Of a stretch of 64,000 bases of DNA, positions 37,635 to 46,881 are shown one piece after another. This DNA is from a virus. Its lineage: Duplodnaviria; Caudoviricetes. Numbering within the stretch: the stretch's first letter is position 1; each line of letters begins with the position of its first letter. A program made the translations under genes and the position numbers. Where the stretch lies: positions 64,001 to 128,000 of the IMG/VR virus record IMGVR_UViG_3300049009_000874, one strand, 5' to 3'. The notes under the pieces were generated by a model that saw only the letters and a list, made by a program, of their open reading frames with translations, made no database searches and was not told where the DNA came from.

Positions 37635-38537
37635 ATGAGTCACAGTATAGATCGTAATGAAATATTTATATCCTCGATCAGTGAAGCGCTGAAGTCGCTG
37701 CCAGAAACGCTACAGGAGGCGTTCCGAGCCGCGAGAAAGAAGGTCATGGACCAAACGCTCCTGAACCTGATCGAAATATCGGATGTCGACCAGCAGCTTG
37801 TGTACAACCACAAAGTCATGAGGCTGATGGAAATTTTGCGAATTAAGTCCAAGGACATAATCGAAGACCTCGATTCCAACTTTCAGTCATGGATCACGTC
37901 GCCAGATTGTTTTGGTGACAGCTATAGCCCTAGTGCGGACATGATCGTTCCGACCGCAAATCCAAATGACAACCAGGTGTTCGCGGCTATCAAGAAGAAT
38001 AAGCTCTACGTCACCAAGTTTTTCACGGATGACACAAATACATTCGAATATCTTCTGTCGTTCCTTATACATGATGGGAAATACGTGGCGAACAAGAGCT
38101 ACATCCAGATGGATCTTGTTCGTGAGTTCTGGAGATTCCTGTGCGACTATGTCGCCAGAAACAACTATCACGGAAGGTTTTGTTTCTCGCGAATCGAGAA
38201 GGCGATCAAGATTAGCTGGAAGAAAAACGAAGACAGGTACATCGGTGCCGACGGCGGTCACAAGGTGCCGAAGATGAGCACGACAAAGGCGAGGAACATC
38301 TTCAATTTCTTTAAGCGCTACAAATTGATCGAGAAGGTTTTGTGGACCGTTCTTGAGGAAAATCCAGAAAAACTTGGCAAAAAGAGACCTGGCTACAACT
38401 ATAGGCTTCTGGAGACAACCCCGGACGCGATTGAAAACACAATCTCCAGCCTTATCTGCCCTTCGGATCAATTGCTGTTTGGAGGCGAAACCATCACGCA
38501 CCCCAATATTGGTTCGAAAAATTCTGAAGTGATATAA
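37635..38537 (+). CDS. Hypothetical protein
   Basis: AGGAG RBS, 300 aa. Confidence 0.75.
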   Translation: MSHSIDRNEIFISSISEALKSLPETLQEAFRAARKKVMDQTLLNLIEISDVDQQLVYNHKVMRLMEILRIKSKDIIEDLDSNFQSWITSPDCFGDSYSPSADMIVPTANPNDNQVFAAIKKNKLYVTKFFTDDTNTFEYLLSFLIHDGKYVANKSYIQMDLVREFWRFLCDYVARNNYHGRFCFSRIEKAIKISWKKNEDRYIGADGGHKVPKMSTTKARNIFNFFKRYKLIEKVLWTVLEENPEKLGKKRPGYNYRLLETTPDAIENTISSLICPSDQLLFGGETITHPNIGSKNSEVI

Positions 38538-38567
38538 TTCGGATGGTTTTCGTAAATTAACTTGTTC

Positions 38568-38602
38568 TAAAAAACCGCAACATTTTTTGTTGCGGTTTTT
38601 TA
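38568..38602. terminator. Bidirectional terminator between convergent genes
   Basis: TAAAAAACCGCAACA..TGTTGCGGTTTTTTA. Confidence 0.85.
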
Positions 38603-38611
38603 TTTGTCTTT

Positions 38612-38962
38612 TCACTGATTGTGTTTGTAGCCCTGATTGAAATGTTCTATCCTATGGCAGTTGGCGCAGAGGATCCTGCACTTTTCTATTTCGTTCATTA
38701 TGGACTCGAGGCTGTATCCGTCCGAGGACATCGTGCTTATGTTTAATCTCTTTTTTCCCACATGATGGAAATCCAAGGCTCTTGGATGGCTTTCCTCGCA
38801 CAGCTCGCATTTTTTCGTCGACTTGTATTCCAGAAACTGATCCTTGATGACGCGTTCCCTTTTTTTTATTTCTGCGAACCTTTCGACTTTGTTGTTGGCG
38901 TACCATTTTTTGTGGTATTTTTTTTGGTATTTTTTTCTTTCCGATTTGTCTTTATAGGGCAT
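38612..38962 (-). CDS. Small HNH-like endonuclease
   Basis: CELC.ESHP.ALDFHH, EIEKC.ILCANCHR..H; GAGG RBS. Confidence 0.85.
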   Translation of the reverse strand: MPYKDKSERKKYQKKYHKKWYANNKVERFAEIKKRERVIKDQFLEYKSTKKCELCEESHPRALDFHHVGKKRLNISTMSSDGYSLESIMNEIEKCRILCANCHRIEHFNQGYKHNQ

Positions 38963-39189
38963 AGGACCTCGCCGTAATGTAGTTTACGATGGCAGTTGGC
39001 GCAGATTGGATCGCATTTCTTTATTTCTTCCATGATTTTTGCTTTCCCTGGAATGCTAGATATATCCTTATACTTTTCGCTTGGGTCTCTATGGTGAAAG
39101 TCTATGATTGCAGGATGGCTTTTCTCGCAATAGATGCAAGACAGCGATGATTTGATTTCGAAAAGCCATTCTCGCCTGCTTTTTCTCAT
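38866..39189 (-). CDS. Small HNH-like endonuclease, tandem paralog
   Basis: CIYC..SHP..IDFHH, EIKKC..ICANCHR.LH. Confidence 0.75.
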   Translation of the reverse strand: MRKSRREWLFEIKSSLSCIYCEKSHPAIIDFHHRDPSEKYKDISSIPGKAKIMEEIKKCDPICANCHRKLHYGEVLCPIKTNRKEKNTKKNTTKNGTPTTKSKGSQK

Positions 39190-39285
39190 ACATAATCATA
39201 AGATTCATTTAAAAATAAAACAAATGCAAATAATGTTTTTTCGAATTCTCTTATATTTTGTGTTTGAATAAATGAGGACGAATAA

Positions 39286-39996
39286 ATGATGAAGGTTTCC
39301 CAGAGAGTCAATTTCGCTGTCAGAATAGTGACATATCCAAGACCGGATGGCAAAACTCCCCTATTGTTGAGGGAAACCATAAAGTCGCTGAATAGGCAGA
39401 CATATGACAGGTGGACAGCCTATGTCGTCGGCGACATGTATACGCCGAACGAAGAGTTCGATTCTTTTGCCGAACTTTTCCCCAAAGGCAAGGCTAAACT
39501 CAAGAATGTCTGTATAGATCCAGAAAGGATGAAGTTCAATGACGACAGGAGAAGTTTCTTCGGAGGCATAAATGCCATAAATTTCTGCCTGGACTGGATA
39601 GCGGAAGACAACATGAAGCATGTCGCAATATTGGATCACGACGACATATGGCGAGACAACCATCTCGAGTCTCTTGCCGAAGCTTACCACAGATACGAGG
39701 ATCTGGCTTTCGCCTACACATCCGGAATACATGAAACCATCGGGGTCTTGCCAAGGCAGAGGTGCCCGACGATGGAATACGACAACCTGAAGCCGACGGA
39801 GGAGAACATGATCCACTCTTCCGCGTCTTGGAGGGTCGACCTTCTCCCCCTGCGTTATAGATACAACTACAGAGCTGACGGAAAACCGGTTTACGGAGAC
39901 ATGACGATGTGGGGAGACATGCGTTCAGCCATGAAGGAAAATGGGCTCAAGTGTATGTATATTGACAGAAATACCGTTTACCATGATGGGGTGTGA
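39286..39996 (+). CDS. Glycosyltransferase family 2
   Basis: SLNRQTY..W, VVGD, ILDHDD.W..NHL. Confidence 0.85.
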   Translation: MMKVSQRVNFAVRIVTYPRPDGKTPLLLRETIKSLNRQTYDRWTAYVVGDMYTPNEEFDSFAELFPKGKAKLKNVCIDPERMKFNDDRRSFFGGINAINFCLDWIAEDNMKHVAILDHDDIWRDNHLESLAEAYHRYEDLAFAYTSGIHETIGVLPRQRCPTMEYDNLKPTEENMIHSSASWRVDLLPLRYRYNYRADGKPVYGDMTMWGDMRSAMKENGLKCMYIDRNTVYHDGV

Positions 39997-40541
39997 TGCT
40001 CAAGTCTATTTCGTATCAGATATCAGTTATCGTAGTTTGCCGCAACGGATTCGATTCGTTTCTCGGCTCCATAAATTCGGTCAGGAGAAACATCGGATTC
40101 GCCAAAAGCGAGATCATTGCGGTGAATGTCAACGACTGGAATGGGGAAAGGCAAAAGTTCGAGGGATTGCTAGGAAGCGGATGCTATTCCGGCATAAGGG
40201 TGTTTGAGTTCAATGAGGAAATTGAAAAAGTTACTCCATATTCCAAAGGCGTCAGCATTTCAAAATACAAGAATGTATTGCTGATGGATGACGATATGAT
40301 CGTCGTCACGCCAAATTTTGGGGAAAAAGTCATACACTCGATTCTCCAAAACAAGATCGTTAATTTGAGCCTCAAAGGAGGAGACTTCGATCCCGAGCGC
40401 TCGTTTGTCGATTGTCCATCGGGGGCATATGCAATGAGCAGGATGTTCTGGAACTATGACTACAAAACTACTCTCGAGTATTCCAAGCAAGGAATCAAGA
40501 CGTTTGTCGATCCCCACGTCAGTTTCTCCAGAATGGCTTGA
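39993..40541 (+). CDS. Short glycosyltransferase family 2-like protein
   Basis: ISVIVV, EIIAV, LLMDDD. Confidence 0.6.
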   Translation: MMLKSISYQISVIVVCRNGFDSFLGSINSVRRNIGFAKSEIIAVNVNDWNGERQKFEGLLGSGCYSGIRVFEFNEEIEKVTPYSKGVSISKYKNVLLMDDDMIVVTPNFGEKVIHSILQNKIVNLSLKGGDFDPERSFVDCPSGAYAMSRMFWNYDYKTTLEYSKQGIKTFVDPHVSFSRMA

Positions 40542-41795
40542 TCAAACGAAAACAATGGATCCAAACTCAAAGATGTCCGGGGATAAAACCAGGCATTTGC
40601 CGTTTGACCCGATTCTCTCGTTGAAGCTGTCGTCCACAAGTATGCTGTCACTGTCGACGATTATCGATTTGCTTTCTTCCTTGCCAATGTGCATTATCTC
40701 GTCGAATATCCCTAGGACGCCAAGTTTCCTCATCTTGTCCTTCAAGTCTCCCGAATGCTTGCTCAGAACGTTGACCCGCATGCCTCTGTTCCTGCATTCG
40801 AACACGAACTTGATCAGGTTCGCGTTCACATTGCCGTTAACGCACAGGCAGTCATCGAAATCGACATAAAGTATTTTGTACCTGGATTCCAAAACCCAAA
40901 CATTAGAAAGAAACTTTGACTGCGTCTGACTCTTGCGCTTGTTTTCGTAAATCGAGCAATCTTCTCCCATGTGGTCAAACAGAGCCAGCAGGGACAGGTT
41001 GACCCCTCTCATCCTGGTGAGCGACGAGCATGACGCGATCCTCGTGTTCACCTCCAAAAGAACATGATTCCCAGACTCGTTCTTCTTGGTCTGGAAAAAC
41101 CACGGTCCGCGAAAGTCCAGTTTCCCGTTTATGATAGAAGCCATGTCTTGTAGCCGTATGTCTCCCGATTCGGAGGTTTCCACCGCCATTCCAGAACTTG
41201 TCTCGATTCTGGATCTCCCGAAAGAAACCAGAAGCTTCCCGTTCCTGTCGGTGAAACAGTCGACCGTGAATTCCTCCCCAGGAAGGTATTCGCAAGCCAC
41301 ATGTTCCGGGAATCGGTCTGACAAAACCTTAAGTTCGGAATCCGACCAGACCAGATGGCAGTTTTTTGAGCCGCTGCCCCTGTCAGGCTTGAAGAACAAC
41401 GGGAATTTCGGTTTTTCCTTGAATGAACTCGGAACTGGGATGTGGTCTCCGAGAACGGAGTAGGTCATGGATTTCGACCTCAACATCTCGTTCGTTTTGT
41501 GGTTTGATCCGATTGTCTTCCCGCGCAGCTTGCTCTTGCTCAGCGCAAGCTGCGCGTCATCGTTGGCTGCGTATATCACATCGATGGACTTCGTTTCCAC
41601 TATGTCCGCAATGGATTTGACGAAACCTCGTTCGAAAACATTCTTGCCGCCAACAACAAAATCGTCGAACAGGCAGCCCGACTTGTCGGGCTTCGATGAG
41701 CAGCCGATAAGGCTTATGTTCTTCTGCCTTATGAGGCTGTTCCGAATTTCCAGAGCGACTTGGCTTCCGCACGGAAACACCATCACTTTAGGCAT
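40542..41795 (-). CDS. ATP-grasp domain protein fused to C-terminal HAD-like domain
   Basis: FPLFFKP..GSGS, EYLPGEEFTVD, LEVNTR; YVDFDD..VDDSFNER. Confidence 0.85.
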   Translation of the reverse strand: MPKVMVFPCGSQVALEIRNSLIRQKNISLIGCSSKPDKSGCLFDDFVVGGKNVFERGFVKSIADIVETKSIDVIYAANDDAQLALSKSKLRGKTIGSNHKTNEMLRSKSMTYSVLGDHIPVPSSFKEKPKFPLFFKPDRGSGSKNCHLVWSDSELKVLSDRFPEHVACEYLPGEEFTVDCFTDRNGKLLVSFGRSRIETSSGMAVETSESGDIRLQDMASIINGKLDFRGPWFFQTKKNESGNHVLLEVNTRIASCSSLTRMRGVNLSLLALFDHMGEDCSIYENKRKSQTQSKFLSNVWVLESRYKILYVDFDDCLCVNGNVNANLIKFVFECRNRGMRVNVLSKHSGDLKDKMRKLGVLGIFDEIMHIGKEESKSIIVDSDSILVDDSFNERIGSNGKCLVLSPDIFEFGSIVFV

Positions 41796-42882
41796 TGAAG
41801 AACCTCTGTACAAGCATCACGATCTTCTTGACCTCGCCATGGCTCAGTCTCGGGTGGATCGGAAGGTTAAGACCCCGCGACTCTAGCTTGTCGCAGCCGG
41901 AGTAGCGACCAGACCTGTATTTGCTGAAAATCTTGTAGCGATGGAGGGGATGAAACCTTAATGTCGTGTAAACAAGCTCCGAGAGCAGTTCTTTGGCGAG
42001 CTGATCCCTCTTGTCGGTCTGTATGAGATACGTGAAATAAGAATGCCTGTATGCATCGCTTGTCTTGGGCGTATCTATCGGGAGACCCTTGAACGATTCC
42101 GTGTAGAAATCCCATATTTCCCGGCGCTTTGTTTGGTTTTCCCGAAGCTTGATCAGGCTTGTAATCGCGAAACAGGCTGCTATGTCGTTGGGCGTGTATT
42201 TCGGGAAAGTAGCCGTTATCTGCCCGACCCACCACCTGCCCCCGTGAGAAGACGCGTTCAGACCAGTCGAAGAGATACCGAGGTCTCGGAGGCATCTCGC
42301 CTCCTCCACCAGGTTCTCGCTCACGCACACGCCGCCGGCGTCTGGGGTCGGAAGGTTCTTGATTGGATCAAAGCTGAAAGCCCCAAAATCACCAATCGAC
42401 CCACAATGCTCATCTCCGATCATGGTGTCGACGGCATGGGCTGCATCCTCTACCAGTGGCACCCCGAACTCCTTGAGGCTTTCCATGTCGCACGGCTTCC
42501 CGGCGTAATGAACCGGCATTATGGCTTTCACTCCGCGAACCCATTTTTTCCTGACAGTATCCGCCGTGATATTTCCATCCTCGGGGTCTACGTCTATCAA
42601 AACAGGTTCAAGACCTTCGAGGAGGATGGCGTTTATGCAGGCTGCGTACGTGAATGATGGTAGCATCACCTTGCTTCCCTTCTTCAGGTGAAGAAGCCTT
42701 ATTGCAAGATGCAGGGCGTTGGACCCACTGTTCACCATCACGAATGGCTTTTTCACCTTTTTCTCGAATTCCTTCTCGAAAAGCCTTACTTTAGGTCCTA
42801 TTCCGAGCCATCCAGACGCGATCGATTCCCTAAGAGATTCCAGTTCCATTTCATCGAATGACGACCCGAATACGTTTATCAT
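41788..42882 (-). CDS. DegT/DnrJ/EryC1/StrS PLP sugar aminotransferase
   Basis: VNSGSNALHLA, PVHYAG, EDAAHA, FSFDPIKNL, LPIHP. Confidence 0.95.
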   Translation of the reverse strand: MINVFGSSFDEMELESLRESIASGWLGIGPKVRLFEKEFEKKVKKPFVMVNSGSNALHLAIRLLHLKKGSKVMLPSFTYAACINAILLEGLEPVLIDVDPEDGNITADTVRKKWVRGVKAIMPVHYAGKPCDMESLKEFGVPLVEDAAHAVDTMIGDEHCGSIGDFGAFSFDPIKNLPTPDAGGVCVSENLVEEARCLRDLGISSTGLNASSHGGRWWVGQITATFPKYTPNDIAACFAITSLIKLRENQTKRREIWDFYTESFKGLPIDTPKTSDAYRHSYFTYLIQTDKRDQLAKELLSELVYTTLRFHPLHRYKIFSKYRSGRYSGCDKLESRGLNLPIHPRLSHGEVKKIVMLVQRFFNA

Positions 42883-43035
42883 GATTGTCCGATCGCAATG
42901 TTGAATTCTGCTTGAAAACCTGATTTTCAATCATACCAGTTGTCGAGAAAACAAGCAATAACGGTTGCGCTGCCACAAATAATTTCAGGTCTTTATCTAT
43001 TATATAGATGGAACATTTTCAACCCGGAGACAGTT

Positions 43036-43923
43036 ATGAATTTGGAAAACATCATCAAGAGCCTTGAGAACATCGTCGATTTGCTTAAGAAGGAGAACGT
43101 CAAGCCCCCAGTCCAAGAAACCAAGACCCCAGAGGCGGTCCCAGAAAAGCCTTCCGACTTTGCCGAGCTGAAAGCCCTCCTCGAATCTCCGGAATGGCCA
43201 CAGGCAGCCCCTGACTTCCTCATTTGCGAGGAAACGGAAAAGGACAAGATGGAACGCGCCGAAGGCATAGTCTCCTACCTCGGTCAGGAATTCAAGGAAC
43301 AGAAGTTCCTGGATTTCGGCTGCGGGGAAGGTCATGTCGTCAAGCACGTGTCCGGATTGGGAGCCGCAAAATCGACGGGATACGACATCAAGACGTCTGG
43401 ACCTTTTGCTTGGAACCAAGAAGAAGGTAATTCTATGCTGACCACCGACTTCGAGTACCTGAAGTCCAACGCCCCCTATGACTACGTTCTGATCTACGAC
43501 GTCCTTGATCATGCCGAGAACCCAGTCGCCCTTCTCAAGATGGTTTCTGGTCTGATCAACGAAAAATCAAAGATATTCGTTCGTTGCCATCCTTGGTCTG
43601 CGCGACATTCGACGCACCAGTACAGGAAACTCAACAAGGCTTACATCCAGCTCGTGTTCACCGAAGACGAGATCAAGAGCCTCGGCTTGCAAAACGACAT
43701 AGTCCAAAAGACCCACTTCCCGGTGAACGAAAACAACAAGTGGTTCGCGGAAGCCGGGCTCGATGTCGTCACGCACGACCAGGTGAAGACCGAGATCGAG
43801 GAGTTCTTCAAGAAGACCAAAGTAGTCGCCGACAGGATAAGGAAAGAACCTTACGACAAGAACTTCCCCGACCACCAGATGCAGCAGGTTTTCAACGATT
43901 ATGTTTTGAAAAACAAGAAATAG
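43036..43923 (+). CDS. Class I SAM-dependent methyltransferase, paralog 2
   Basis: FLDFGCGEG, YDYV..YDVLDH, RCHP; GGAG RBS. Confidence 0.85.
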   Translation: MNLENIIKSLENIVDLLKKENVKPPVQETKTPEAVPEKPSDFAELKALLESPEWPQAAPDFLICEETEKDKMERAEGIVSYLGQEFKEQKFLDFGCGEGHVVKHVSGLGAAKSTGYDIKTSGPFAWNQEEGNSMLTTDFEYLKSNAPYDYVLIYDVLDHAENPVALLKMVSGLINEKSKIFVRCHPWSARHSTHQYRKLNKAYIQLVFTEDEIKSLGLQNDIVQKTHFPVNENNKWFAEAGLDVVTHDQVKTEIEEFFKKTKVVADRIRKEPYDKNFPDHQMQQVFNDYVLKNKK

Positions 43924-43931
43924 GAAAAATC

Positions 43932-44189
43932 ATGAACAATTATCTTCCGGTGGTCAAAAAAGAAACCACGTATTCACTCATGGGCAATCTCGAGAACGCC
44001 GACGACTACGAATACATCGAGAACAGGCTCAGGGAAATCGAGGAAGTCAACCCGGTCATAAGCAGTTGGATCAAGAGCTTTTCCAAAGTCGGCAAAAGCA
44101 AGCTGGTGACCGCCTACTGCGGTCTGATGGTCTACGAGCTTCTCCATAGCCAGGCAGAAGCCGATTACATGAACAAAGAGTACACATGA
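43932..44189 (+). CDS. Hypothetical protein
   Basis: AGGA RBS, 85 aa. Confidence 0.65.
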   Translation: MNNYLPVVKKETTYSLMGNLENADDYEYIENRLREIEEVNPVISSWIKSFSKVGKSKLVTAYCGLMVYELLHSQAEADYMNKEYT

Positions 44190-45091
44190 AGTTCGAAGTG
44201 AGAGCCAGGGTAAGGTGGAAGGTCAATTCCAACACCACCGAGCAAGAGTTGAGGGACAAGTCCTTCCGCGACATAGTGAAAGTGTTCCAGGACTGCAATC
44301 TTCCAAAGCTCGACGTCTCGGTCAGCGTCATCAGGATCAAAGACCCCAACGAAACAATCAAGATCAAATCGTTCCATTGGGATCATATAGTCGAAGAGAT
44401 ACGCAGGACCAAGAACAACTTCAGGTGTTCCCACAATGGTGTCGATTATGTCGCCAAAATGAACTCACAGAGGTATTTCCTGTTCCGGGAGAACAATCGC
44501 TGCGTCTGTTGCGGCATAGTCGGGAACAAGGTCTACCTGGAGAAGTCGCCAAATGACGTCTCCCCCCACTTCAACCTGTACGGAGAGAGGGACAATCAGT
44601 TGATCCTCCTGACGAAAGACCACATCAAGCCAAAAAGCCTCGGAGGCAAGGACAAGCATTCGAACTACCAAACCATGTGCTCCATATGCAACAGCCTCAA
44701 GGGGCACGCCAACATCAGCGTCCACAACCTTTCGAAGCTCCGTTCGATATACGACAAGAACCGCGGGGCGGACAAGAGGCATCTGCATGATATCATAGAG
44801 AATAACAAGGCGAGGATGTCCAGCAAGAAAAGGCAGCCAACCAGAAAGAGATCCGTAAAATTTAACAGAAATGACAAGAAAACAGTATGCGACATCTCCG
44901 TATATAGATTGAATGACGGATCTCTCGTCGGAATGTCGATTTATGAAGACCAAGGCAAGGACATGAAATACATAGGCAACGTTCGCAGGGGAACCAGCGT
45001 CAGGCTGTTGTCCTCGCGGCGAAGGATGTCCGAATGCCAGTCAAGTGGAGGTCCGCCAGTTTGGTACAACAAGTCGTTGCTGAGAAAATGA
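44186..45091 (+). CDS. HNH endonuclease domain protein
   Basis: CVCCG, TKDHIKPKSLGG..SNYQTMC..CN..KG. Confidence 0.85.
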   Translation: MKFEVRARVRWKVNSNTTEQELRDKSFRDIVKVFQDCNLPKLDVSVSVIRIKDPNETIKIKSFHWDHIVEEIRRTKNNFRCSHNGVDYVAKMNSQRYFLFRENNRCVCCGIVGNKVYLEKSPNDVSPHFNLYGERDNQLILLTKDHIKPKSLGGKDKHSNYQTMCSICNSLKGHANISVHNLSKLRSIYDKNRGADKRHLHDIIENNKARMSSKKRQPTRKRSVKFNRNDKKTVCDISVYRLNDGSLVGMSIYEDQGKDMKYIGNVRRGTSVRLLSSRRRMSECQSSGGPPVWYNKSLLRK

Positions 45092-45106
45092 AACCATGGG
45101 GGACAT

Positions 45107-45565
45107 ATGGAATCTTGGGAAACGGATCTGGAAAATCAAATTTCGAATCATGGAGCCAAAGTTAAATCCAAGCCGGGAGGGAGAAAAAAACTCTTGTTGT
45201 CCGTGGCTGTTTTGTCTCTTTTGTTGTCTTTCGTTTTCTCGTACAAGACAAGATCCGATTTCAGGTCTTGGGTCCAAAGCCATTTCAGGATGCAAGAGGC
45301 TTTGGGGTCAAAAAAACCGGGAGCGGTCGAGCCAGAACCCAAAAAGAAAGACGAGCCTGACCGGGATGAGACATTGAGCAAGCTGATCAAGAAGATGAAC
45401 ATCATCGGGATAGTCATGAATGAAAATTTTTCCATCCTGCAAAAAAGGGATCCGGGGTCGAATTTCATCTTCATCAACCATGACTGGACGTTAAGCAGGA
45501 TGCCGGAAAATATCGAGATAAAAAAGGAAGACCTCGGATTCGTCGAAGACAACGTCCGTCAATAG
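45107..45565 (+). CDS. Membrane-anchored hypothetical protein
   Basis: TM LLLSVAVLSLLLSFVF. Confidence 0.7.
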   Translation: MESWETDLENQISNHGAKVKSKPGGRKKLLLSVAVLSLLLSFVFSYKTRSDFRSWVQSHFRMQEALGSKKPGAVEPEPKKKDEPDRDETLSKLIKKMNIIGIVMNENFSILQKRDPGSNFIFINHDWTLSRMPENIEIKKEDLGFVEDNVRQ

Positions 45566-46248
45566 CTCTTGAAGCTCTCGGTCGCCGTGAAGCTTGAGGC
45601 GTTCATCGTTTCGAGGGCGCAAGTGGCGATATAGTCGCTTATGAGTATGCTCATGTCGAAGTCCGACCTTAATTCGTGCACGATCTCTATCTGAAGGCTC
45701 TGGACGCTTTGGTCGGGATACCACTTCCTGTACAGCTGGTTCATGTTCGACTTGCTCCAGCCGCTCATGTTGCCGCCACTCTTCCCCTCGAACACGTTCA
45801 CGCCGAGGTCTCTCATCTTCTGCATGAAAAAATTCTTCCGCCATATGTCCATCGAATGGCTTTCTGGATCCCCGGCTCCGTATCCGACGACCATGTCTAT
45901 CTTTTCGCCTGAAATTATTCGGTGCCTGTCGCTCATGCCGTGTATCGTGTACAGGAACACGGTTTCTCCCCATTTCTTAGCCTTTTTGACGGTCCTCATC
46001 AGCGGATCAAGTATTTCTTCCCTGACGACGTCCTCGTGGCAATGGTACACGTTGTTGCAGTCAGCCTTGTCGTTGTTCGCGTCGACGTTCGCGGATCTTT
46101 CCCATCCCTTGTTTACGACGCTGTAGGACTTTATCTGGTTGGCTACGGTGTCGGCTATCAACGAGGTGTTCTCGTCGTTGCCCTGAAAACCGTGCGGTGC
46201 GAACATCACGATCGGCGTTCTGCCGTCTCTTACGCTTACTCTTTCCAT
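45559..46248 (-). CDS. Zn-dependent amidohydrolase (N-formylglutamate amidohydrolase / poly-gamma-glutamate hydrolase-like)
   Basis: APHG, D.NT, IHG, SLQIEI; GAGGTG RBS. Confidence 0.65.
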   Translation of the reverse strand: MERVSVRDGRTPIVMFAPHGFQGNDENTSLIADTVANQIKSYSVVNKGWERSANVDANNDKADCNNVYHCHEDVVREEILDPLMRTVKKAKKWGETVFLYTIHGMSDRHRIISGEKIDMVVGYGAGDPESHSMDIWRKNFFMQKMRDLGVNVFEGKSGGNMSGWSKSNMNQLYRKWYPDQSVQSLQIEIVHELRSDFDMSILISDYIATCALETMNASSFTATESFKSY

Positions 46249-46249
46249 T

Positions 46250-46648
46250 TCACCTCGAAGTTACTTTGATTCCAACCACCCCGTGCATGTTAGCCGATTT
46301 CAACTCTTCCTCCTTGTCGTCATAGTGCTTGACGACCTGAAGTCTGGCTAGGACTGGTCCTTTCGGCGCGTGGTCGGTAAAATAGACCTTCTTCACGGGA
46401 AGACCATGAGCCTGGATGAAATGCTGCACCGGAATCCTCTGCGGCTCGTTTTCCTTGATCCAGCTCTCTTCCTCGTGCGACAGGTTTCTCGCCGTGACTA
46501 TGATGCATTCGTAGCCGTTGTCATGGTGGCTCTTCAGAATACTCATCATTTTCGTGTTCGGGGTTCCGTCCTGCCAGCACAACGTGTCGTCAAAGTCGAA
46601 GCTTACGACATCTGAATCGGTCCATTCTATGAGGTGAATGATGTTCAT
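46250..46648 (-). CDS. HAD-superfamily hydrolase
   Basis: SFDFDDTL, IVTAR, K, HYDD. Confidence 0.85.
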   Translation of the reverse strand: MNIIHLIEWTDSDVVSFDFDDTLCWQDGTPNTKMMSILKSHHDNGYECIIVTARNLSHEEESWIKENEPQRIPVQHFIQAHGLPVKKVYFTDHAPKGPVLARLQVVKHYDDKEEELKSANMHGVVGIKVTSR

Positions 46649-46725
46649 CGGTTAATCCTAGACTATATTGCCCAATTAAACAACCTTATCTATCGTTCTC
46701 GTGACTTTTTTTGTGGTTTTCGGCT

Positions 46726-46839
46726 AGCCGTTCGCCGGACACCTGGCACCCTATGGTCGCGAATCGAGAAAAACTTGGAAATTTCCATGGTCGCCAGGCG
46801 AATAAAGGTTGTGAGCCGTTCGCCAGACACCTGGCACCC
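46726..46839. repeat. Two 26-bp direct repeats in divergent intergenic region
   Basis: AGCCGTTCGCC[G/A]GACACCTGGCACCC at 46726-46751 and 46814-46839. Confidence 0.95.
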
Positions 46840-46881
46840 CAAGTGAGGATGGTTGGTCACTCAAACGAAAGAGAGAATGTG

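Noticed and set aside
46726-46839. Mini CRISPR array
   Set aside because: Only two repeats, a 62-bp spacer and no cas genes in the window
46700-46845. ZMP/ZTP riboswitch (GCCGTTCGCC resembles its 3' element)
   Set aside because: Following CUGGGC and the 5' GACUGGCG aptamer core are absent
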